From Octopus sinensis (taxonomy: Eukaryota): a stretch of DNA of 64,000 bases. Both the position numbers and the translations under genes were made by a program. The first letter of the stretch is position 1. The number at the start of each line of letters is the position of its first letter. The stretch lies in NCBI RefSeq assembly GCF_006345805.1, contig NC_043013.1, positions 30,070,001 to 30,134,000 of the forward strand. Reading direction: 5' to 3'. Positions 52,456-64,000 of the stretch are shown here, piece by piece. Below the pieces are notes generated by a model. The model worked only from the letters and a program-made list of their open reading frames with translations. It had not been told where the DNA came from and ran no database searches.

Positions 52456-54799
52456 TGTGTGTGTGTGTGCTCGTGCATGTGTGTCCGTGTGTGTATTATA
52501 TATATGGAAAAGAATACCAGACTTTTGCATATAGAATATATACATTTATGTAGGAAATTGGTGGAAGTAGTCCATAGGGGTAAATTGTTGTGGCAGCAAC
52601 ATACCGTTTTCCATGGCTTGATGCCATGCCACAAGACGAACATCTGGAATGTTGTTTTATAGCTTTGTTATTAAAATAATTAATTGGTACTGCGTGGTGT
52701 GGATCTAGCTCTTGCCAATTTACTAATCTCTCTGCATTCTGATAATAGCCCAGTGGAATTTTCCTATTTCTATTTAAAGATTTTTATGTGACCGGGAATG
52801 TGAAGCACAGCTGTCTGGAAAAAAATACTACTTTTTTGCTTTTTAAAAATGAGAAACACTAACCGGCACAAAATGATATCCGATGTAATTTAAATTCATC
52901 GAGTCTGGAATTTCAAGGTTGCAAGCAGTGGCGTACTGGTTATATCACTTGTGGAACTGAGGCATAGATTTTCAAGATCTTCATTGATTATTGATGGTTG
53001 AGTCTTCTTAAAGACGTAGTTGATGGACCTTTGACTGTAGAAGTGGGAGATGTAACACACTTGCAATGATGAAATACCTCCGCAGTCGCTTTAGGCGGAA
53101 GGATTTTGTGATTTTAGGCGAGTGAATTTGTGATTTTCTACTTATATGCAAGGATGCATCTGCTGTTGAAGTAACGTACAGATGAAGTTATCGTCTTCAT
53201 TGATCGCGAATTGACGAAACTGTTTCGTTCCTTATATCTTTCCCTCTTCCTTTATATATTTATCTTTGGCAGTTGCAATATCATCGTCGTATTTGACTAA
53301 CGAACTATCATCATATCACTTATCAATTGGCAAATGCATTCTGCTTTGGCAAAAGTACAAAGGCTTCCTACTTATTCCAAAGGATACAATGTTCTTAACA
53401 ATATCATCGGTGGTTTACCCTTATGAAAGCTAATTATATAGACCTTTAATACTGAATGCGAAAATTAGAATTAACCGTCTCTCACGCCTTTCAGCAATCA
53501 GTGTCTATTATTAAGGCACAAAGTAAAAAAAAATGCCGGTTTAAACGTTATATCTGTGTGTGTATGTGTGTGTGTGTGTATGTGTGCGTGCGTTTGCGTG
53601 CGTGTATGTATATGTATATGTATATATATCAATCTATACACATACATACACACACACATATATAATGTTGTTTATGTTATAATGAAAGCAGTCTTACATC
53701 AAACTGAAGGATTACTCAATACATTTGGTACAGAACAAATTAATTGTAGCTTAAGAAGAATAGTATTGACGATAACCACGAGGTTTCTGCCAGCTAAGCC
53801 ATCATACTATAATTTAACTAAGTTTATCTGGGCTTTATATAGTCCCTGTTAGCTTAAAACTTTTCTCGGATAACCTGGGTTCTGGTGAATGATAATCTTG
53901 CTGTGTGGTAGGTTGCGCTGGCCAGATAATTTGTAAACTTTCTATTGATCAAATCTGGGAATGTGCTAATTGTTAAAATTTATTCATGCATATAGACTTT
54001 TGTAATTAGGTTTGTAATTTTAGGAGTGTGATCTGGTCTTTGACGTACACAAAAGATTATAGTTTTGGTTTATGTGTTGGTTTTATTTAGATATTAATGT
54101 TTTGAGAATGTGAAATTAAAAATTAGAGTTCATTCCAGGGTTTTGACCTTTGTATTTAGTCAAACGTGGAAATAAATCGATGCTATTTTGACGTATTCTT
54201 ATATCGAAATAAAAATTACTCTATTTATCATAGTGGCAATAATCAGAAGTATCGCAGAATCCATATAACTGTTTAACCAACGATCAATACGGTGCAGTAA
54301 TTATGCCAAAGATACAATGTTCATTGCAGTCTTTTGACCTTTGGATGTTATTTGATATGTCAGCGGAGTGAACTGGAGCAACGTGAGATGAAGTGTCTTG
54401 CTTAGGATCACAGTTAAACCACAATCCTAAGATCACGAGATCATCGCACTAAACACTAAGCCACCCATCTTCACACACATTTACAAGTATTAGATATCTA
54501 CCAATCTAACTACATACATACATTCATACACAAACACATACAAGCATACATACATATGCATGCATACAACCTGCTGCCGACGAGTAGCAAAGGTTAAGTG
54601 AACAGAATGTCGAGCAAATGATTCAATAATTGAGAAAATGAGGAGTGAAAGAAAATTCTGAGCAACTGCGAGGAAGAGTATAAAATATCAGAGCCGACAT
54701 CGAAAGAGACAATTGGAAAGGAGAGAGGTTGAGAGTGAAATACACTGGCAGGCCGATATTGGATACGGGACTGGAGAACGTCAGACCGAATGTACAACA

Positions 54800-54990
54800 A
54801 CAATGGCCCAGTGGTTAGGGCAGCGGACTCGCGGTCGTAAGAACGCGGTTTCGATTCCCAGACCGGGCATTGTGAGTGTTTATTGAGCAAAAACACCTAA
54901 GCTCCACAAGGCTCTAGCGAGGGATGGTGTTGAATCCCACTGTACTCTTCCATCAAAACTTTCTCTCGCTCTTTCTTCCTGCTTCTGTCC
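54800..54990 (+). mobile_element. SINE family B, 5' part
   Basis: caatggcccagtggttagggcagcggactcgcgg...gtttcgattcccagaccggg. Confidence 0.85.
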
Positions 54991-55876
54991 CAAAGCAGAA
55001 GAACCATGGTGTAACCCATTATGGTGTGATAAACTTTCAGACCCTAGTCTAGATTGCGAATCCTCTGTACCCCAGCATGGTTCAGCTCTTCACCCGTTAA
55101 AAGCCACCGTTTACGGAATGAGGATAACAACGTAGCTTTCGCACCCGTGCAATTGCCAATCTATCGCCTGTGGTGGGTGGATATTCAAGTTGCCACACGC
55201 ATTCTTAGTAGCTTAGAGTTGGCTCGAATTAGAGATTATTCTTTGTGGCTAATGGCGTGAGTCCTGATTGGAAGAAGAAGACTACAGCCGCATTCAGAAA
55301 TTTGTCGAGACGATGCGTAAGTTTATGGTTCTCCACTCACTGTAATGAGGATGGAGATAAGAATGTCGTGGAAAGAAAGCCATTATAATTACACAGATAC
55401 ATGCGTACGTACATCCGTACATATATGACTTTATAATTTTACTTGATAGACTCATTGAACTTCAGGCATACTAGGGTCTGACAGAGACAAACAAACAACC
55501 ACTGTACCTATATTTTTATTCTGGTACTAATTTTATGGGTTTTTTTTTTACCGAAACGACAAATTACAAAAGCATACACAAAGAGTTCGTACCACAAGCA
55601 TCAAAGACGTACACAAAGACACACACACACACACACACAAGCGGGCGTGAACACACACACGCACACACACACACACTCATAGACACAAACATACACTTTT
55701 CTATAATTTAAAACTTTTATCAATATTTGTGTCGGAAATTAATGTATATTAAACCAATATAAATATATATATATATAAATGTGTGTGTGTCTTCTTGCCT
55801 CGTTTTGCGTACATATGTGTGTGAATGTCTATTATTGGCACACTAGTCACTATATATATGTATGTATATATGTATG

Positions 55877-55925
<49 letters not shown>

Positions 55926-56333
55926 GCCTGAAAAAGTTTATTTCTACTTGTAGCATTTGAGATTCTCTTTCATCTGGATATATTAATCTAGAAAATTTCC
56001 GTGTAAATATTGCATACAATTTCAGATGAAAACGACAATAACACGCAACGCGGATAATATAATTTTTCAGATGATTTTCAAATAATTATTCAGAACTCAA
56101 TTTTTTTCTCTTGCATTTATTGATATGAATATAGATTTCTTTTGTTGAGATGTATCGGATCATTCATTAAAAAAGATATAAGCTTTCTAACTTCATTTCT
56201 GGTCCTGTTTTACGATTGTAATGTATACTCAATAAGAGAACAATGATGAATTTTGGCATAAAGTAATTGAAGTAAACAGCATATGTATATAAGTATAACT
56301 ATACATATATGTGTGTACATATATGTCTGTCTG

Positions 56334-56369
<36 letters not shown>

Positions 56370-56380
56370 ACAATCTATCC

Positions 56381-56755
<375 letters not shown>

Positions 56756-56854
56756 TATATATATATTATATATATATAGAGAGAGAGAGAAAGATATAGA
56801 TATATACATATATACGTATAGGTGTGTGTATATATATATATATACATACATACA

Positions 56855-56899
<45 letters not shown>

Positions 56900-57526
56900 C
56901 GTGAGTAGGTAAGTATGGATGTTGGAAAGAAAGAAATAAAAGAGAGAAATGTCCTTTAAAGTCTATTGCGACTTAAACCGAGATAACTTTTGTGTAAGAG
57001 TAAAATAAAATGAATTAATATGGTTCTTTCATTTCTTTATTTATTATAATAAAATAAAAAGTAATTTCTTTTCGTTGCCAACTGTAAATAAAATAGTAGC
57101 GCCAGTAACATCTTTTGATGACTTGTGTCTATATAAATCATATTCAAATTTTATATGAAACTATTTCCATTAATACTCAATAAGATGTTGGAACATCTCA
57201 GTTTTTTTAACATCTTCCTATCTTAATTAGTGACCTGGTTTTATTTAGATGAAAGAGATATTCAACTCTACAACCAGTCATACTACTTCAAATGCAATAG
57301 AATGTACTAGCAGATTTCATGACACGATCGCAAAAAATGTAGTCTGAACACACACATACACACACACACCTGGGCGGGTGCACACTCGCACACAAACATA
57401 TACATATTTGCATATATACACACACACACACACGTATATATATATATATATATATGTATCGCCATATTGTATCACTGAACGAAACACGTTTTTTCCTTCA
57501 TTATCTTTATTTATTTCCTCTTATTC

Positions 57527-57561
57527 CTTTCTGTTGAAAAGCGTAGGCTCGAAACGTAAAG
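57527..57561 (+). ncRNA. Variant minimal hammerhead-like motif (CUGUUGA core)
   Basis: cttt ctgttga a aagc gtag gctc gaaa cg ta aag. Confidence 0.45.
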
Positions 57562-57653
57562 CCTTTTCCATTTTTTCCGAGCGCCAAACTAATACACTTG
57601 CTTGTTCCTACACCTGGCTTCGCCTTTCATTTCCTATACATTTGAACTATATG

Positions 57654-57709
<56 letters not shown>

Positions 57710-58100
57710 ACATATACATATATATATATAATTTATATATATATACTTACTTCAAAATTACTAAAATCATATTAGGATAAATATAAAAGGTAGGAAAATT
57801 ATAGCATTTTTCTACTAGTGGCCTGGCATGCAGATAATAGTCAATAGCCAATTTATTCATAATAAATTAGTGTACATTTAAATGTTTTTTTCATTCCCTT
57901 CGAAATTAACTCTAACGGTGCTTTGGATTTTGACTGGTCCTCCTAGAATGCTAGGTGTTGTGGCAGGTCAGCGCTTATGTGTTTGAATTCGAGACAAAAC
58001 CACTATATATATGATTTTTCCCTGTAAATTGGATTTATTCCCTAATATTTATTATTATATATATATAATATATATATATATATTATATATATAATATATA

Positions 58101-58133
<33 letters not shown>

Positions 58134-58296
58134 GCATATATAAATACATATATATATTTCAGCAAAACAATTAAGATGCAAATGAATTCAAATGAATATG
58201 GTACTTAACTTAGATGCACCAGAATTCTTTATGGTATTAACTATAAAATTATGTGGGGTGATTATATCCAAGAAAAAAGCAACAAGAATCTTGGTT

Positions 58297-58336
<40 letters not shown>

Positions 58337-58584
58337 CTATACTCTTTTTTTACTCTTTTTTACTTGTTTCAGTCATTTGACTGCGGCCATGCTGGAGCAC
58401 CGCCTTTAGTCGAGCAAATCGACCCCGGGACTGTTTGTCCTTGTTTGTCCCCTCTGTGTTTAGCTCCTTGTGGGTAGTAAAGAAATATATATATATTTAT
58501 ACATGCTATGTGTATGCACAAACACACATACACACGTACGTATATATATAATGCGTTGTAAATAAACAACTAGAGATAAAAACC

Positions 58585-58658
<74 letters not shown>

Positions 58659-59159
58659 CACAGAAGGTCCCTAATTCTTCAGCTGTTATCAACCAGAATG
58701 GCAATGCTCAATTTCGCACCCTTAATGATAAGACTTGGGGGTTTCCCATGTTGATGGTACATGCGAAAGATGCAGAGAATCAGGCCTCAAACAAACAAAA
58801 TGACTCAAATTGAACAAACGAAAGCAAAAGAAATTGTAAGTTAAGACGATAGACAAAGTGGTGGGTAACGCTTAGAAAAACCCTGAACGATATAGACAAC
58901 AGTAAATACCAAGATAGAGAATGTTCTTTTTGTTTTGGATGAACCGCTGGGCAGACAGTGAGAATGAAAAACTGGCCACGCGTCACGAGTCAGCAGCAGG
59001 CAGAGTAGAAAGGGAGAGAGAGCGACTGAGAGAAGATAGAGAGAAAATAAGGGAAGAAAGGAAATTATAAAGGAGAAAGACTACAAATACAGGGGAAAGA
59101 CTACGAATACAGCCTGTTTGTAATATAAAATACTTTGACACACGTAACCATAATGTATT

Positions 59160-59345
59160 TGTCAGGGAGATTCAGCGTGACATAGAATGTGACAAGACTG
59201 GCCCTTTGAAATACCGGCGCTACTCACTTTTGGCAGCTGAGTGAACTGCAACAAAGTGAAATGAAATATCTTACTCAACAAAACAATGCGCCGGCAGCAT
59301 CGAACTGGCGTCCTTACGATCATGAGCCGAATACTTCAACCAATA
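59160..59345 (-). mobile_element. Degenerate family-B-related SINE
   Basis: gattcagcgtgacatagaatgtgacaagactggccctttgaaatac matches about 1330-1375. Confidence 0.6.
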
Positions 59346-60634
59346 AACTATGTATGTATGTATGTATGTATGTATGTATGTATGTATGTATGTATGTATG
59401 TATGTATGTACGTATGTATGTATGGATGGATGGATGGATGGACGGATGCATGCATGCAAGCATGTATGTATGTGGAACAAAAGAGAGGAGTTTTCTTCTA
59501 ATTTATCTAGACAATTCCATTGCTACTCTCAAGCACTTTTCATTTCTTGCTGCAGAAATTTCTTTGCTTTTCAGCAATATACATCTATAAGAAATGCCTT
59601 TTGAAAGCGAATACCGCAGTACCGTTGCTTTCTTTCCATACAGCCACCATCAATAAGACATATATATTGCTGTGTATGTCTACATGCACGCATGTATGTA
59701 TATAGATACATCGCATGCTGTTCCGTTTTGATGTCACCAAAAAAAAAAAAAGCGACCATTCAAGTGAGAAATATATAGCGCAAGGTTTAAATGCGAACTA
59801 CTGTAACTTTCATGTCGGATAATGCAGTAGTGGAACATGCTTATATAGCAGGCCCTGTATTATCTGGCAAACAATCTCTAAATAAGTTTGAATGTTTGTT
59901 TGATAATATATGAAACGTTACACTATTCAAGATCATCTAAATATTATAATACTGGCATCGAAATTTTAGTATCGTGTATATTAAATCACACACACACATG
60001 CGCACTTATACACACACACGCACACTTACACACACACACGCACAGACCCATCGCCTTACCTGAACCTGTATATGAACTATATCTTTTAATATTTCTGTCA
60101 TAATTATAAACTAATTAATTAACAAATTATCCTAATTAATATAGTTAATAAGCAGTAACGATTAATGGCCAAATCGAATTGATTTGTGGCTGACATGTAA
60201 GTTATATTGATTTTTGGTTGAAATGCAAGGATAATTAACCAAACTATATTTATACAGCTTATGTAATTATTTCACAGAAATGACGTATGAAGGATATCTC
60301 TCGACTGTAACTTATGTGAAAGCCATACAACATCAGTTTCGATTTCTTGGTGTTTTTAATATCTCACTGCTTTATAGCTGTGAGAAATCAAATATTGTAA
60401 TGCGAAATATTGTAAATTGATGAGAACATACTTAACATTTCTGCAGATATGATTTGGATCATGATAAGTAGATAACAAAAGAACACACGTGTTAATAACT
60501 ACAAATGAAATACAGTGCGGTATATGTATTTTTTCTCTCTCCCTCTCCTTCTCTCTGTCTCTCTCTTTCTCTGTATATATATTTGTATATATATATACAT
60601 ATGTATATATATATATATATATATATATTATGTG

Positions 60635-60671
<37 letters not shown>

Positions 60672-60682
<11 letters not shown>

Positions 60683-62517
60683 CTGAAGTTGTCTGTGTGT
60701 GTGTGTGTGTATGTGTGTGTGTGGCAGGGTTGGTAGCCTTCAACTAATACTATCTTCTCCGAGACCCTTTGGCGCAAGTTGACCAAAATTGAGAGTATGA
60801 TAGAAGAGAAGGCTTGCTCTTTATTCCGTAGAAGAAAGAATTCAAATGGGACCATGTTAAAACTAAAAATTATTTACATCAAAAAAGTGCTTTTTTTCTA
60901 TGAAAATCTCAGTTTTTAAAGATTTTTTTAACTGCTTTATCACCATTTTTCAGTGTATTTGAACCATAAAAATGTTCACTTTAAGAGAATAACAAGCTAC
61001 ATAATGCAAATTCCAATTCTAAAGGGTCGAAAATAAATTTTTTGTGAAGTCATTGGTTTTGAGCGAACGACGGATCAGCTGATCCAATGCAGAGGAGTAA
61101 TGTTCGCTGCGTGGATGCACTAATTTTCAAGGTCGTCAACTGCTACAGCGTTGAGTACAATTCAGCAATTTCAATCGATTTTTTAAGTGTACGAAAGAAC
61201 ATTTTGCTCAGTCATTTGGACTGCACTGCCTTTGTATGCTGCAACATATTATAGCTGCTGTTAGCTAAAAAAAAATATACCAACGTATCTACGGCTGTCT
61301 AAAAATTTATCTTTTGCACTATACAAGTAATACTATACAAATAATCGGCATAAACTTCGTTTAGACCGAAAGGCTGCAGCTGTACGAGCGCTGCTGAGAA
61401 CGATGTTCAACGTGAACTACGTCTGAGTAGAAACGCTGCCTCTACGGCATTTGCCAGAGCTGCAGAGAACGATGCTCAACGTGAGCTGCGTCTGAGAAGA
61501 GACGCTGCTTCTACTGCATCTGCCAGAGCTGCAGAGACAGCAGATAACAGATCCAATCTACTGGGGGTGTTTCTCAGTACAGGGCCAATAGGCAAGGTAT
61601 TTCGAGAGCAGTAAAGTCACGATGATGTGAAACTTTCTTGAATGACCAACGCTAAATCAGTGTCCTTATAATACTGTACATAAAGTTATTTTGTACATGA
61701 TTAATATTCTCCATCATTGGAGCTGCGGTCTTCTGTTTGGTATCTCGGGCAACAAAAGATGTAACGTTTATGCTTCGTTCATTACTCTGATGATGTTCAC
61801 ACTGAACTTGAAACACTTTCTTAGAGTAGCTCATGCTGAGCATCGTTCCCAGCAGCTCTTGCAGCTCGTGCAGCTGTAGCTTTTCGGTGAAGATGAATTC
61901 TACGCCGATTATTTTTGTTGGTTTAAGTGATTCTTATTTGTGGGTATGGCAGTCGTAGCAGTTGTGCGATCTGCACGCTGTTACTATCTACGATGTTCAA
62001 GTCAAACCTTCAATGGATATATTTTGATTTTACAGATTTCTTTTAGTTATACGTGATGTAAAATAGTCGATTTTATTCATTTTACAGGTACAACCACGAT
62101 TCATGTTGCCCACTCGTTTGGCTTCAAACTAGCATTTTGTTTTGTGTTTTTGTAACCACAAACTGTTCTTATTAAGGTTTTGGAGTTTCCTGTACTTTTT
62201 CTTAATGAATACTGTTACAGTGTTCACTTCTTAACATATTTTCAGTGCAGTTCGAAACTTGAGCTTAATTTTGCTTTAAATCTACGGGTAATGTTTTTCT
62301 CCATAATGTTAATAGAAGGAATATTAACCAACAATACCAACAATTGAAGTCGGCATTACACAGTTGCAGTACATTCAGAGCAAACTCGAGCTTCGCCACA
62401 CTATACTTTTATTCTTAGATTGAAACTATGTCAAAACTTTGTTAACGCGACATCAAAGTCTGCCGTTTTAAGCGCAACTGAAAAACAAACTCGAGCAACG
62501 CCGGTCTGTACTGCTAG
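60672..62517 (+). mobile_element. Non-autonomous Helitron (~1.85 kb) carrying remnants of 23-aa repeats
   Basis: 5' tatatataactgaagttgtctgtgtg resembles 26709; 3' caaactcgagcaacgccgg...CTAG|T; internal 69-nt repeats at 61390-61563. Confidence 0.65.
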
Positions 62518-62691
62518 TAATTAATATAGGCAGTGGTGTGCAATGTGTTACCGAAAATGAAAACTATAATTTTCATTAAATATGACTAAGAGTGTTTAAA
62601 CACCTACATTACTAGAAACAAGAGCTAAAACACCATGATGCTGCAGCCAAAGCACATAATTGTATTCACACACACACACAAGCACACATAC

Positions 62692-62726
<35 letters not shown>

Positions 62727-62751
62727 ATATATATATATATATATTATATAT

Positions 62752-62842
<91 letters not shown>

Positions 62843-62843
<1 letters not shown>

Positions 62844-63500
62844 CAGGTTCGGGCAGATAAATTGAGAACATTTTTACAATGTATAAAACTGGTTACAATA
62901 CTAAAATATTGGTAGTAGACAGATACAATTTTAATGTAACATTGTTTACGACACAAACATTTATCACTCAATATGGCTGCCCCCTTTTGGTCAATTATTC
63001 CCTCCACACAACAACAAAATGTATTTGCAGTTTCCACAGTGATGCAGGTCTTCAAACTGTTGACACTCAAGTGTGGTGAAGCATTGGTCTTTGCTTGAAA
63101 TATTCCACATAAAAAGTAATCAAGAAGGCTAAGATCTGAGTTATTACCAGGCAAGATGTTGCCCCTCACAAAAAATGGCACCTTCTCACCATTGAGGGCC
63201 TGTGTTACTTGTGAGTCATGGCTTGGTGCAGAATCTTGGATAAGCAACACATTGTTAAGTTTAAACTTCTGCTCCATCCAAGGTAACAGAGAGTTCTTCG
63301 GGATGTTCAAATACTCCTTTGCACCGATCTTCAAGCCAGACACAATAAAATATGGACCCATGACACTTCCATCACTTGCCATGGCTCCAAATACCATCAC
63401 AGAGGCAGCATTCTTAGTTTCAAACACGGAACGTCAGAAGGGTTATATGCAATCACTTGAGAATTCCTGCGATTCATCTCAGTGCCCACAGTGAACTTCT
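62843..63500 (-). pseudogene. DD37D (maT) transposon 3' part
   Basis: SVMVFGAMASDG...IQD followed by exactly 37 aa and then D (SDLSLLDY); TIR-like caggttcgggcagataaattg next to TA. Confidence 0.8.
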
Positions 63501-64000
63501 CTGTATCCACAAACGCAAGGAGTTTCCTGCACATTAATGCATGATGAATAATAAAAGCATTGGGCATTTTTCAGCTCTGATTGCTTTGGTCGTAGCTAGT
63601 AGGAGGTGATGGCGTTGGTGTATGCATGTATATATGTACGTTTATGCTTTTTCTCTTATTTAAACCAATAAACATTGAGTGCATTTGGTGAAGAGTAAAA
63701 TATGTAATTGGAAATGAATACAAGGTAATTATATACAGACTACCACTAGTTTCATCTGGACGTATGTAGCCCTTGTAGTGGGTATATGATTAACTTACAT
63801 CCTCTGATCTCACCCAATAAATGCAGAAATACGCCACATGTTTATTTGGTTAAATCTCTTTGGAAATGAGATTTACGAAATGTGTGACGAAGCACGTTTC
63901 ATTAAAGAGATATCTTGTCATACTGCAAATTTATTTTGATTTGATATTGAGCCATATCTGAAGAATATGAAATAGATATAGACCCATCATATCGTTTCGA

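Noticed and set aside
52500-54120. Possible additional PLE/LINE coding relics (also about 34180-34550)
   Set aside because: Only faint motif traces; too degenerate to call without a search.

Overview
AT-rich, microsatellite-dense eukaryotic DNA. By inference from the SINE families and repeat landscape it is most likely an octopus/cephalopod genome. I can support no host protein-coding gene: nearly all listed ORFs are microsatellite or antisense artefacts. The window is a mosaic of mobile elements: three tRNA-derived SINE families (called A, B and C here), a 5'-truncated CR1-type LINE, a Dong/R4-type RLE LINE, RTE relics, mariner/Tc1/DD37D relics, MITEs, two non-autonomous Helitrons and several Penelope-like (PLE) derivatives. 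Four observations stand out. (1) A palindromic, TSD-flanked element at 15940-18267 combines a Pol III tRNA-derived head, an (AAT)n tract and a minimal hammerhead ribozyme in PLE-type inverted-arm-plus-tail architecture, suggesting a PLE-mobilised ribozyme SINE. (2) A Naiad-like PLE relic at about 2988-5420 has its GIY and YIG motifs separated by about 320 Asn/Ser-rich codons, and stop codons at both CxxC cysteine positions (possible former selenocysteine codons). (3) A complete 2-kb ORF1-only L1/Tx1-like element with a 15-bp TSD sits at 22854-24874. (4) SINE family A repeatedly inserts into one site in its own body. All assignments come from manual reading and translation; no database searches were run, and boundaries of degenerate relics are approximate.
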